A stretch of DNA of 62,584 bases, filler included, from Sphacelaria rigidula (lineage: Eukaryota): the NCBI GenBank assembly GCA_964200075.2. It is 10 parts of 10 records of this genome, joined end to end, with 100 filler letters (N's around TTAATTAATTAA, not from the genome) between each part and the next. Parts side by side here need not be neighbours in the genome. Positions count along the whole stretch, not along the records: positions 31,345 to 37,512 come from CAXNAA020021783.1; positions 37,613 to 43,780 come from CAXNAA020021784.1; positions 43,881 to 50,048 come from CAXNAA020021785.1; 7 more parts are not named here. One strand, written 5' to 3'. The number at the start of each line of letters is the position of its first letter. The first letter of the stretch is position 1. Shown piece after piece: positions 36,101 to 49,620 of this stretch. The notes beneath the pieces were generated by a model, which saw nothing but the letters and a program-made list of their open reading frames with translations, did no database searches and was not told the origin of the DNA. The translations under genes and the position numbers were made by a program.

Positions 36101-38000
36101 GCTATCCTCGGTGTGAACGTTGCAAGAGTCGGACAAATAATGACTCGTCTGGAAATTACTTGGTTTTAGTTCAATGAGTCGATTTGTGACGAATCAATCC
36201 CTAACAGGCTTTATTTGAGCGGTGCAACCCAGGTACACGCAGCCCAGACACGTGAAATGGCGCAAAAGTTGCNNNNNNNNNNAACTTTTTTCTCCCTTTT
36301 GGGCAATTAGGCCGAAGAAATCGTGAATCTGATGATTTTGAGTTGTGATGATTTGTCCTAACCGTAGAACGTTGTTGCCAATTGACATCGTATTATTTAT
36401 TTATTTCGCACATTAGCCCGATCTGTCGATGCCGTGGTGACAGACGTGAGCTCGTCGCTCCATCACCGTCCCTGCTACTTGTTCCTTACAAGAGATGTCC
36501 TCATCGTTTCTTCTGGGGGAGATATCTGGATCTTACACTCACGTGTGGAGTGAAAGGATGACCGACTCAAGCTGTAATCCAACCGAGAGACTGAAGAGCT
36601 TGAGTACAAGGTTCATGCATTGGTTGACGCACTCGCGCAATCCCCACCGTGGTGTTGAAAGTGGGGATGTATTGCCTTGCCTTGACCAGCCGCAAACCGA
36701 GGACCGCGTCCGGCAGGTATCGAACAAAGATGACAGTTGTTCAGGTGAAAACCGCACACTGTCGCGACGCCTCTGCTGACGGCTTTCAGTTGACTTTGCA
36801 CAATGATGTTCCTTGATCCTCCTCGAGATGACAAATAAATGCTCCATGCCGGCTGCTGCACGCCGTCGAGAAATGTTGATGAAGCAAACGCCGACGCACC
36901 TGTAGACGTTAAAAACACCTTGCCGGCGAGCACGGGTCATCCGTTTTATCGGCATCAGGTTCACTTGGAGAAAGTATGCATTATTCAGGTGGATCAAGTT
37001 GAGAGTGTAATGGGGACCGGGAAACTCACGGAATGATGTTGGTTTTCCAAAGGTCTTGGCCTGCAACAGATGGCAAACATCAGCCTCTCATGTATTGGTG
37101 CTTGTGGCCACGTGTATCTTGTGGCGAAAGTCCGTGTTTCATCACGTTATTTTTTACGTTCCTATATTGAACCCTTACCCTTCCACGAGACGAGTCCGTG
37201 GTCTCAAAGGGATCAACCCGTCTCTCCCCCGGTACACGCCATGCGTAATGATCTCAAGGACCGGATGATGACAGCAGTCCCGCACCACGTTGACTCGTCG
37301 CACAGCTCATGAGCTGTCTGAAATATCTATTCGAAGAGAACTCTCGAGATCCGATGTGCAACAACACAAAATACGTGACAGCGGGGTCTGAGAAGCCCAA
37401 GCGCTACCTTTGCGCTACTCCGCGTGCTCGGCATCAAGCGCTCATGGAGGCAAATATGAAGGGAAAAAAGCGGGGGGGGGGAGGGGGCGCAATGAGTTAG
37501 CTGATGATCCAGNNNNNNNNNNNNNNNNNNNNNNNNNNNNNNNNNNNNNNNNNNNNTTAATTAATTAANNNNNNNNNNNNNNNNNNNNNNNNNNNNNNNN
37601 NNNNNNNNNNNNCGAAATAGACGAGTTGAGCCGTGATCCGCATATCGTATCAGTCGTCTAATCAAGGGAAAGCATGTGCTCAAAATTCTGGACCAATTTT
37701 TTCTCGTTGACTAAACCCCATGTCTAGTAATATCTATACCGTACGGAGATAGTGTCGATACTAAAGTCTATATGAAACCCCGAACGATATATACATCGAA
37801 TGGTGACGATTTTTGGTGCGGATATTCCCTTCGGCACGGGGAAACGATCGATGCCCTCACTTTCGCCTAATTCGTAATCTTTGTCGAGATATGGCCCACA
37901 TAATTTTTCGATACTAAAATCAACATATTTCGAGCGGAGGCACTAAATCCAGCCGCAAGACCCCTGACTGTCATATGTTGCCGTACCACGANNNNNNNNN

Positions 38001-38290
38001 GAGGCCACCGTGATGAAACGGACCCTCCTACACGCCGGCCACGTTGTGCGCATGCACGATGACCGCCTCCCCAACATTGGTATACGTGGAGTGATGGTTC
38101 GAGGGGAAACAAGGGCAGGCCGACCCGCGAGGCGCCTACAACATTGCATCACTGACTACTGCTTATACTTCGGAATACACGCGACATCGTGGATGCAAGT
38201 TGCCCAAGATGTGTCCGAATGGTCTCGAGTTGTAGAGGAGGAAGCTAAAGTATTCATGACAGCTTGGACCAAAGCACGCCAAGCTAAGGA
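38001..38290 (+). mobile_element. 3' fragment of a non-LTR retrotransposon (RTE-like) ORF
   Basis: RTLLHAGHVVRMHDDRLP..GRPARR..FGI..SWMQVAQD..EWSRVV matches the RTE-type C-terminal consensus WaGHv.RM...RlP..GRP..W...A.DR..Wr. Confidence 0.85.
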
Positions 38291-40952
38291 GTTGTTTGCT
38301 GTACTGTCTCTAGAGTTCCCCCAGTGCCGACCGAGGACCTCCAAAAGCAACCAGTAGTCCATTCGGGCAATACACTCGCTGGTACATCTACCGCCTCTCT
38401 CCGACCAGCTGTGGTGGGCGTCAAGGAGAGTACCTGTGGTTGTTTTCGTTTTTGATAGCAAAATCGATATTCGCGTGCTGCCTAAAATATGTATGAAAAC
38501 TTGAAATAACCTTGCCTACACAGAGATGCATCAAGTGGCGCGAGATTCGCACCGTGAGCTGAACTTGGTATAGAGATGGCCGTAACAGAATCGTTTTCAA
38601 GTAAGGATCTGCGACAGATTCGGCGTTTGCCCTGTCATCTGAGAGCGCAACATCGATTTTCGCATGCCGCAGAGGACGATAGCTGGTCAAAGAACGTACT
38701 ATAGGAGAGGTCACGCTAATCATAGGGCATACACAGATGCATTGCGTGGCGCTGGATCCACACCGTGAGCTGAGTTCAACTTTCGAGAGTCAATCGATCA
38801 AGGGGTGACCCGTCGAAATAAAAAGAGCAGACATGTTCTATTTCGGATGAGAGCGACCCGATCTTCCTTCGTAGCTTGGGATCCACCAGGCACTCCTCAA
38901 AAGTTTCCACGGCCATAGGTTATCTATCGCCCAAGCCATGCTGCCTTTACTCGCGTTGCAGCAAGCTCCAAACGGCCGAGTAAACCCCTCCCATTCCTTA
39001 CATTGACAGAAGGTGTCAGTTCTTATTTGCCAGCACAAGTAGAAACAAATCATCACTCTCGAAAAATAGGGCTGGCATTAGTGACGCTGTAAGGACAACG
39101 TTTTTCCTTCTGTCGGCGTAACGCCAACAAAAAATAATAGCAGGCTGCCACGCTCACATTTTTTGTGAGCCCCACGTTCGACAACCTGTCGACTTTTTCT
39201 GCTCGCGCCGACACACAAAAGCCAAGCTTCATGTTTTGTCAGCGTTGGGCATTGGAGGGGTCTGCTCGGCAGTTTGGGGCTTGCTGCAACCCGAGTAAGC
39301 AGGACCATAACTTTGGCTTCATGGAACCCACGATCGTGCAAAGTGTTTAGGCGTGCCTAGCGATACAAGATAAATCTGGCGATGGGTTCGCCGCTTCCGG
39401 CGTGGCCCAATAGATACTGGCGGGTTGGCGTGCTGTACGCTATGCGCGGGGGGGTGCTTTTATCTACAGACAGTATGCACTGGGGAGGGGTGGTGTCTTG
39501 AATTTCCAACCCTCCTTCACTCTGCCGAGGCCACAACCTTGCGCAAACGCGAAATATGTTCCTACCACGAGCAGGGACATTTTCATGACACATGAGCTAC
39601 TTGGGCGTTTTATTAGTATCCTATGTCGTCGAGTGCAGACATAAAATGTCTTGCCTGAGATGTAGCTTGTTTCTAGAGAAGCAGCGGAGCGGTATGAATC
39701 ACTTAAGTTGTACTGTACCAGCATTGTACCGTCTGTAGCCGAAAAAAGTCAGGGCATAAAGAGACCAAGAACACCGTCAACGTACAAGCTATGAAACATC
39801 GGCTTGGGCCACCAGGGGTCAGACTATCGAACAATCACTGCGCTCCTTGGGGGCTCCTACAGTGCAGAGTTGAACGCGGAGGGACTTTGTGCTATGCATT
39901 GTGGTTCGCCCAGATAGTACAGACGGTACGCTCTTCACAGCTCTACTCAGATGGCATATGCACGGTCCGACAACTTGTGACGGAAATGGGGTTGGTTTTA
40001 GCCAACCAGCACACGGGAAAAATCCATGTCATGCCCAACTACCCTGATAATTTTTTGCAAGGGCTATACTGACGTTTCGTTTACTTAGCCAAGCAACTCC
40101 TCATGCCAAACCTGGAGGATATTCACGCATTTTCCCCGAAACTCTCCAATATCTATTACTTTTGTCACTGCAGCACAGGAACCAATGTGTTGGGAGTTGA
40201 GGATCAGGTCACAGTCATTCGCGGAGGATCATCAGCTTGGCAGCGTACTTCTCCTTTAGTGGGCCAGCTTTGCACCCAGACGATTTGACATTCAAGCCCG
40301 ACCGTAGCTTTGTTCACACATCAATTTTTGTCCAAATATTCCGAAAACGTACACGAAAATATGAAAGGAATGCACCGGGCTCTCGTATGGTTCACCAACA
40401 CGATACTGTGGTGATGGCACACAAGGACAGTGGGACACATCTTGACTGCGCTGCATAGTTGCAACGAAACAAAGCCACAAGATTAGCCCTGCACATTTTC
40501 CCTTTGTGTCCGGCATATTTCACACGCATATTTCCTCGAGGGTGATTGTCAACTTGTCAAGGCATCGAGTTGACTCGCCACGGCCGCGAAGCCTCTGTAG
40601 GAACATGCATTTCAGGGGTACTCATACATGTGTATGGAATATTTCCAAACACCAAACAGGGGTACTGCGGACTTGAAACGGAAAATGCACCCCTTCATGG
40701 CCTGAAAAACACAGGGGTAACAGTCGCCACGCTAAATAGTACTATTCTTGGTAAGAGTACAACGTGAAGAAATACAAAGGGTAGGTGTACTCTCGATATC
40801 TCGCAGGACCTTACATATGTATATATAAAGGGAGAAACGACGCCACTACAGTATGTAAAGCTAAAGCTATATATAATACGTACCACAGACGGAAAGAGCA
40901 CAATTCGTCTCAAGGTAGGTAGACTTCGCTAGGCCGTACTGCTGTCACTCAC

Positions 40953-41853
40953 TCTTCGAAGGATGATTGCTCCTTGTCCGAACTAACGAAAATAAACTCC
41001 ACGTCGCTCCCTCCCGCTCTCTGCTTGATAGCCTTATATGTCTTCACCAGGTGAGGCGTGAACGCTCGGCACGGCGGACACCTGCTTCATTGAAGGTTTG
41101 TGGAGCAGAAGTACGGTGTGAGGAAGAGGTATGAACATTCTGCGCTTGTAGCGGTGCATTGTCCTTCATGAGGTCAAGCGACAGCCTGCTGTGATATCAC
41201 CAAGAGTAGCGTGGAACCACTCGGCCGGTGGTGATTGTTTCTCACGTTCCAATATTCAGTCTACTGGTGTATAGGTCTACCACGATCACATCATACCGCA
41301 GTCTCTTCTGTTCGGCACCGGTTACACAGAAACGATAGACCCGGGTAGAACGCACGTTCGCCGGGTGCCCGCACCTGGCAACGTTTCCTAGCGACACAGC
41401 CACATAAACAATCCTGTACCACCAATGCGTATTTCACACAACCACTCAAACACAACAACAAACGAACCGATGCTCACCAGTGTGCCGAGAAATACAGCGC
41501 CAGCGTCTTCCCCTGAATGACCTCCTTGCCCCTCATTCCGTCCTTTGTAATGAACTCCGTGCCGAGAAGCTCCGACAACGCCTTGGGCCTCCAGGGAAAG
41601 TTGCGACCCTCAGAGTCATCGATGACTTCTTCCCGGCCCTCCGCCGTTATGACGGCTCCATCCTCCCCCAGTACCAAAAGTGTGGGAATGCCCCGCACCC
41701 TGAACTTCTCACTGAGGCTGGCCTTCTTCCCTCTATTTTGATTCGAAGGGAGGGAGGGGGGGGGGGGGGGGGGGGGGGTGGTTTGTGTCATCGTCCTCCG
41801 ACACNNNNNNNNNNCGGCGCCCCGGCGCCTTCCTGTGTCGGTTGGGGGTGGGT

Positions 41854-41905
<52 letters not shown>

Positions 41906-42587
41906 TAAAGTGTTCATGTCCAACCTCAAACGCAACGCAATATTTCTCCCCTTGAGTAATTTCTTGTGTATACGTGTGCAACTACGCTGGGAACCTGTGT
42001 ATGCTGCTCGAATAAGTGCAAAGACGTGTTGTTCAGCGCACTTTCACAGGAGATCAAGACAACCGTCCGACCTACTCTACACACCACAGCCGAGTTCTCT
42101 AAAGAGCGCCTGGTGCCCCATTTTTCAATATTTTGAGATTACATCTATTCAGCATACATCAGTACTAAGAGGAAAGTTTTCTGGCATGAAATTTTCGAGG
42201 CAGATTACGTACAAGATGCGATGGAATCAGAGGTCAGCACTACGTGATGAGCAGGAAGCATGAATCAAAATCGTAGGTGAACGGAGAACAGACGAGAAGC
42301 AAACGGGAAAGTGGCGACACACCAGCACGCAGGACGTGTGCAAGAAGAGGACACATCACATCTTGGGTACGAAACATCCTAAGGCGCAGGAAGCACAACA
42401 CAGCAAAGCATGACATCACCTAGCTTCGAAAGGCAGAGCAAGCCAAGGCATCTTCTTGTGGTACTTCTCGAAGTCGTCCTTATTTCTGTCCGAACCGATG
42501 AGCACGACCTCAAACGGCTTTCCCGCCGCCTGCAGCGCATTGTACGTGTTCACCAGCTGGGGAGTGAAACCACGGCAGGGGCCACAC
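40953..42587 (-). CDS. NRX: Nucleoredoxin (tryparedoxin-like tandem thioredoxin domains), partial; exons 42420-42587, 41478-41732, 40953-41081
   Basis: Spliced product (W)CGPCRGFTPQL..FEVVLIGSDR..MPWLALPFEARGKKASLSEKFRVRGIPTLLVL..FPW..LYFSAHWCPPCRAFTPHL..EFIFVSSDK; all junctions GT-AG and phase-compatible (phase 2). Confidence 0.93.
41751..41905. repeat. Intronic poly-G tracts with a small N gap; also poly-G ~31177-31204 and poly-C 56263-56316
   Basis: Direct reading. Confidence 0.9.
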
Positions 42588-43880
42588 CTAGGATATGGAT
42601 AACAGCACAAAGGCAGAGGTGTGTTCCTTCAACCAAGCGGCAGCACCTTCAACATCGCCGTGTGGTTGCAACATGGAGACTAGTTATACGTCAGGAATCA
42701 TCAGGGACAAGCCATACGGGGCGAATTCGCGCTGGAAAAACAAAGGTACATGAACGCCGAGAGGGTGGCACGTTGTTGAAGGCCATTGACTCTTACATAG
42801 CACCCAGAGCATGAATGCTATGAAATGATGTGCAGAGCGTGGGGGCGGAAAACTCCTGCTTGATAAAGTACGCTTCCATTTGATGAAGAATATCCGCCTC
42901 CCTGCAGACTGGATTTTCGGTCCTTGCCGACATAGCTCGTTTACAGTGTGTTCTCCGCAAAGGTGTTATGTGCAAGCGAATCTTAAGAGTGACGGATTGA
43001 AGCGCCACTCAACCCTTTGCTCGCTCGCAGATGGGCACCCACCCGTGTGTCATGCTCAAAGCAAACATAGTGCAGACTCGACAGGTAAATGGACGCCTCT
43101 CGACGGCCGAAGGGTTTACTATGAATCAGGACTCCGCGAGGGTAAACCACAGATTGAGCACTGCAATTAATGAGTGGCAGCTGAATGGCGTGAAACGAAC
43201 GCTACCCAACGCTTTCATCCGAAAATTGGGAACTGAGCGTCATCTCGTGGTGCTTGCGCCGAACTACTCGCGAGAAAAATGTTTGGGAGTTCTTGCAGCA
43301 CTGGACACAGTCGCACGCCGGTGAAAATCATCACCTGCACCACAATAGTTCCTGGCTGAAACACGCCGAACAAGTATACGCACAGACACTCGCGGTACAA
43401 GCGCATCACCGTCATCACGCCGAGCGATGGATCCGGTCCACCTACATACACACGAGTGCGCGTTTCACGGCCGTCCGTTCAGTACCGCCACAGGGGCGGT
43501 AGGGTGTGTGCCAAACAAAACGCCCACGATGAAGCCATTGACCGCTGTGCGGTGCTATATACGGCACATGCACGGCAGAAATCAGATCATGTCTCACTCA
43601 AACTTGGACAAACTTGTCTCATGCCAAGCACGTCGTCCCGAGTTGATCAGCACCTACGGCCCGAGCTCTGCCTTGTCCTGGGAGTCACGCTACTACAGGG
43701 GGGGAACGTACTCATTTGTTGCTTGCCTTGGCCGTGTGACCATTGACCACGCGTCCCTTTCGAGACGGAGCACCGTTCCTNNNNNNNNNNNNNNNNNNNN
43801 NNNNNNNNNNNNNNNNNNNNNNNNTTAATTAATTAANNNNNNNNNNNNNNNNNNNNNNNNNNNNNNNNNNNNNNNNNNNN

Positions 43881-44022
43881 ATTCATGACCACTGTAGGGA
43901 AACCCTGTGAAGCGTCCTGTGCTACGCTGGAAAACACTGTACAGTGAAAATCCCGCCAGAAACTGCGCAGGGTACGTAAACCCTGTAGACCCTCTCCACA
44001 GGGTGCTATCTGTCCACGTGTG
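43881..44022. mobile_element. Right terminus of the CAC...GTG element family (second copy)
   Basis: Highly similar to 10926-11069, ends CCACAGGGTGCTATCTGTCCACGTGTG. Confidence 0.85.
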
Positions 44023-44999
44023 CTTCACTTCGGTCGAACAGAATTAAGGCAGCCTCTCTTGCAAGCAGAGTGCTGAGGAAATGAAGAAGAGCTGGGTAAG
44101 CTTGGTAAGCTTGGGAGAGTCATGCATGGGCGATAGGAACAACCGATCACAACCATGCTCAATCCTGGAAGAATCAAACACTCTACACGTACGTAAGGTC
44201 TAACCGTACCATTCAATTCAACCTCGCTATTGCTGACGCGGTAGACTTGCTAGCTTAGATTAACTGCAAAGTTGCACACAAGATGTATCCTGTAGCTTAC
44301 GTGGCCTAAATACTCTGCTAGAGTATATTGCATTGACAAGTCATGGCAACACGCCTACTGTAGCAATATCCTACCTGAAACGTCATTCACACAGGTGGAT
44401 TATAAATCAACACAAAAGAGGTACTTTCCGTGAAAAGGATACTTATGAAACGGTCTTACGCGGTTCATTGTTTCGTTGAAACGCAACAGACTGTACCACT
44501 ATCTTTTGTTGCAACAGCTTCATTCAAACATAATGAGTATAGACTGCATCGTCCAGAGTCTTGCAACATAAGTCAGCTTCCCCTGCATTGTAAGCTTTTG
44601 TTCAGAATCCCCAATTTCATCGGGTTCATTGTAGCTGCAACATGACCTGATCGCTGACGCGCGCGTGCACATGTCTGTCTGTCTTCGCACGTGAACTTGT
44701 GCTTGAAGTGTTGCGTGTACGCACTCCGTAAGGCGTGTGGTCGGGTTAGATCTGGCGCATATTGTCACAGCGTCTACCATGATTTTGAAGTAAATATGCC
44801 GACGAAACCCGAAAGTACTCGCAGCCCGAAAACGATGTTACTCTTATCTCATTTCCTCAGCTGTTCATTACCGAAGCTTACCACGACGGAATAGGTACTT
44901 GGTGGCTCTGGCTTTTCTTGATATATGTTATTTTCAAACTCGGATGTTTTGGAAAGTAGGACCATTCTTGCGATGGCAAAAGTCCTGATTTTTTGGACC

Positions 45000-45442
45000 A
45001 CACGGGATCTTACGAATTGGGGATGGATCTTTTATTGGGGATGAGAAACCCGAAGGATGAAAATCGTCGTATCCCCACCAAATCTTCGAAATATGACCCC
45101 CATTTCTCCACCTACAGTTGGCTATTGACAACTGCTACACGCCATAGAAATTTGGATCTCAATCACCGAAATGTTGGGGTCCTAAGTTAACAAACAATTT
45201 CGGAACCATTTTGGCGTCTGTTCGGACACCCAGAATTCCCCAAAATTTGTTTTTCACCCAGGATCCGAACATTTCGATGATCGAAATCCAAATTTCTGCG
45301 GCGTGTGGCAGTTGTCAATAACTATCAGTAGGTGAAGAAATGGAACCATATTTCGAAGATTTGTTGTGATTACGAAGCTTTGAATTCTCCGGATTTCTCA
45401 TCCCCAATTAAAGATCCATCCCCAATTTGTAAGATCCCGTGT
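45000..45442. mobile_element. ~440-bp foldback MITE family, copy 2
   Basis: TIRs ACACGGGATCTTACGAATTGGGGATGGATC / GATCCATCCCCAATTTGTAAGATCCCGTGT; collinear with 3675-4110. Confidence 0.88.
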
Positions 45443-45671
45443 TCAAGGGATCAACCCAAGCGCCGAACACGTGTTTTGTTCAGTTGGGATGGACAAAATT
45501 ACGCAACACTTGTTTTTATCCTCTTCTGAGCATTCAACGTATACCGCAAGAATGTACTGGTGTCCGAAACGTACGGCGTATCGTTTTCTTTAACCGATTC
45601 TTACGCTAATGCCCATCTCGCGTATATGCACCACGTGGTTGCTGTTTCTCTCTACTGCATTGATAACGAAG

Positions 45672-48600
45672 GTTAACCTTGGCACCGGCATTCGGTTCGG
45701 CCTTTCCCTCAACCAAGGATCCCGATGTGCGATGGAAGATACAGTTTGCTACGTCACGGAAGCCCTCGCGAAAGGCGATACCTCTGTAGGAGACGACTGT
45801 AGATCCCAATTACCGTCATCAGGTTCGGCACGGCAGATCCATGCAACAGTTTCAGAAGCAGCTTCGTTCTTCGGAGTTTATGACGGTGGGTCTCCCTTCA
45901 ACGGTTGACCGTGCAGGGCTAAAAGGCAAATCGTAGTTGGGGTCTGGGCGAACCGTTTTTGTAAATCGAGGTCTCTTCTTTCTTCGTGGAAAGGGCCGAA
46001 GGAAGAAAGCAAGGGGAGTACAAGCTATCGTTCTCACTCTAAAGTGCGACAATCGATCAAATCATTAGATCAAAGAATCGTCCACACGTGATGCACTCAA
46101 GTAGGATTCAGGATTGAAATAGGATTCGGTTCAAGCACCCACCTCGTCGTCACACGCATATTTTTCAAAATCCCTCCGCCGCTCGACAATATCGCGCGAT
46201 GCTCGACAGGACACGGGGGTGCTAGTGTGGCCATCCGATTGAAGGAGAACCTTCATCGTCGCATTTTAGAAGACCCGTGTTTTCCTTCAGATATGGAGCA
46301 GGTGGCAAGACAACGCTATATGCCGTACAACAGACTTGCATAGTTTCTGTTTGACCCAGCGATACGTCCTGGACGAAGAGCATGTAGGCAGCATTTCTCT
46401 CGCTCGAAATTTGTTCATCCAATAATTTGTGTATTTTTCAGAACGTCGTGCTTTATTTGCTGGTGTACACCCTTTATGATGTAGAGTGATGCTGCGATAG
46501 GGTCTGCACTTTTGGGGCCAAAACCGGCCTGATTCAGGGGTTCCTAAAATTAGGAACTACACAAGAATATGCGTCAGGATATCCCCGTTTTCAAATCTAT
46601 TCAGGATATCCCTAGCAAATTGGAAGAAAAACCCTGGCGTACTCTCACCTATTTCGAAAATCGTGTTTTGGATGAGAGTAAGGGTTCCTAACAATTCTAC
46701 TCTCAGGGCGTAAAACTGCTGACCCTATCGCAGCATCACTCTGTACCGCTTTGACGGGTCACTACGGCCTTCCAAAATAAGATCTCTTAGTCCCGTCCTG
46801 CCTAGCACATGTTCCGACAACGTCAACAGTTGCTGGAGTATATATTTAAATGCAGTAGCGACAAGTTCTTGTGGTCAAGCACAACTTGGTTTTTCGATCA
46901 AAATATGACACGGTGTGATATGCTTGCCCAATTTGCTAGATATTGGCCGTACTGCAAGCCCGTTATTGATGAGGTAGAGCCCCCCAGCAGTTTGAGTAAC
47001 GTGGCAAGAAGTGGCACTCCGAAATTGTATCAACGACAGCATGTGCACGAGCCAGATGTAGATTTAACTAATTTTGATTCATTGGTCGCACTTAAACTGA
47101 CCCCCCAGGGATCAAGCCGTGGTCACATGATGAACAAATCCAAGACAAAACAAAGCTGAAACACTCGCTGAAGAGAAACAATGCATGAGTAATTCTGTAT
47201 TGCGTATCAACTGAGCTGAGGTTGGGGCTAGGTAGACCACTGTCAACACTCTTGGTGTGTCAGAAATCAACACATCGATGTGCCCCGCTCACCAAAGTAC
47301 ACTGTGCATTTAATGTTCCTAGTTTTGGTTGGTCAATCTTTGCCCCACTTGTGAAGAACTACTCAAGGAAGTGCCCAATCCCATGATGCGAAGCTGCAGG
47401 GTACCACTGTGTCAAAGGGTGGCTAATTTTATGGATGGCACAGATCCACCAATTTGTTTCAAACTAATTCCACAATCTGCAACGTACCGCAGAAAAGCAT
47501 AGACGAAAAATAGGGGCGTGCTTGAATATATACACAGACCTCTGTGTGATGAAGTAGGTGCTGCGATTTCAAGACAGGAACAAAAACCTCAGGCAAAAGT
47601 CGCACCACTTCTATTTTGATGAAAACCTCATCAAAGGTTGAGACCACCGTACTACATTTGAACCAAGACAAGAAATTCGCAGCATAACACATGTTGAACG
47701 GCTGCACCAGTGCTGGTATTGCATTCGCTATAAAACTCACTCCAAATATATCGGTGACTGTATTTTATTACTTCTGTATGACCCCAGGCAATCAAGAACG
47801 GCTGCATGGCTGTTGACCGAGAGTGCCTGGAGATTGACGACGTCAAGCGCATGAACGCAATCAAGGTGCGCTTATCCACCGTGCTATTCTCAAGAAACAG
47901 ACAGTCATCATGTCGTCAATCGTGGTTCATCCTGAGTTTTCGATTTTGCGCAGTATCTTCCATTTTCTACACGCAGTACTGCATCTTCCTCTTGTTTGTC
48001 TACAGTAAAGCCAGTGACAGCAATATCACAACAATTTCGCTTCTTTTGTGAACGCCAGGGTTTCAAGTATCAGGAGACAATTTGTAAGATGGGCTGAATA
48101 CAACAGGCGTGTCGAAAGGGCAGAGTGCAGTGCCGCGCCATCTAACGCTAGCTATACTGATGCCCTCCTCAGGTATCCCAATATCTTACAATCGATGCCC
48201 TCGTCTCGACCTGGGTAACCCGTTTGTTCTTCCCGCAGAAAAATAAGTACTCGCCAGATTCGCCAAAGTCTCCCGAGTCGTCAGCGCTAAAGAAAGTCAC
48301 CGCAGAGCAGGAGCTTTCCGGTGCAGTCGCGGTCATCGCTATCTTGCACCGCCCAGCCACATCGGCATCACCGTTGGCAGAGGATGACGAAGTAACCTCC
48401 TCCGTAACCGCCACCGTCGCCACCCCCACCTCTATCGGTGCCGCGGCCGTCCTCACCAGAGCCACCACTTCCGCCACTGCCGCCACACCCCGCGCAGGAA
48501 CCGTCGCTTCGGTGGCTCGTGTCTCAGACGGGGGCGCTAGCGGTGGTGGTAGTGAAGGCGCCGGTGGCGGAGGCTGCGGCGGTGATGACCCCGGTCAGTC

Positions 48601-49620
48601 GATTCCCGCAGCCTCAGCCGCAGCCGCAGCCTCAGCCGCGGCCGCGGCCGCAGGGGAGGCAGCAACCTCAAACCCAGGGGAGGCCGCTTCGGCTACGCTG
48701 ATGCTGGACGGCGACGACTCCGCCGGTACCCCTGAGCTAACAACAACCACGGCGTTGAGATCAGTCTCCGCCATTCCCCACGATGTTCCACGCTCGGTTT
48801 ACCCAGACCCAACCACTCTTATCGTAGGAGCGAGGGAGAAGTCACCATCGTTACCATTGTCACCCAAGCAGGTGAACCATTCATCGATGGAAGAGGGTGT
48901 ATCCTCTTACGATCCGCAGCAAAGGGCACGTGTTGTCTTACCCCTAACAACATGATTGCACGCACACGTTGTTGCGCCCCAAGTTAGTTGTTGGGCCACC
49001 CTGTAGCACACCCTACGTCACCGCAACATATCAGCTTGTCAAAATACTGATGCTTTCGTTGATTCATCGATTGATTCACCCAGTGTCGAACATTTACCGA
49101 TCCGTTACGAATTTAGCCGTGGTCACAGGATAGCTCGTCTTTGCCTGGAAGCTAAATGCACCATACTCGGGTGAGAAGTTATAAGTGAGTGCTCGTCAAC
49201 ATCTCACGCTTTCTGGGTAGGTATCCTGAGTCTGTAGAACCCTGTGATATCTCTTGTCTCGTACAATGGAAATTCGTTTTCACGAAAGGCCCAGCGCCTC
49301 TATCGTTGAACACAGCACGTGTCAGATTCACCCGGTCACCCGTCCCACCCCAACCGTTGCCACCACCGCCACCACAGCAGCATACACAATCGCACCCAGT
49401 GTTGGGGTCACCTCATCCTGTGTTTTTGCACGTGGCCAATGTGGGTGATTGCCGCGCCGTACTCTGTCGCGGAGGCAAAGCTCAAGCCATAACGTTGGAC
49501 CACAAGCCTTCGGTGCCGTCGGAAGCCGCGAGGATTGAGGCCGCAGGAGGGTTTGTGTCTTGCGGACGTGTGAACGGGATCCTGGGGGTGTCTCGATCGT
49601 TCGGAGATATTCATTGTAAG
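45672..49620 (+). CDS. Protein phosphatase 2C (PPM family), partial; exons 45672-45885, 46210-46301, 47788-47865, 48239-48871, 49381(or 49378)-49620
   Basis: Spliced motifs in canonical order: [82 protein letters not shown]; phases compatible at all four introns; first acceptor less certain. Confidence 0.92.
46482..46743. mobile_element. 262-bp MITE in a PP2C intron; related right end at ~56417-56503
   Basis: TIRs (T)AGAGTGATGCTGCGATAGGGTC / GACCCTATCGCAGCATCACTCT(G), TA on the right flank. Confidence 0.82.
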
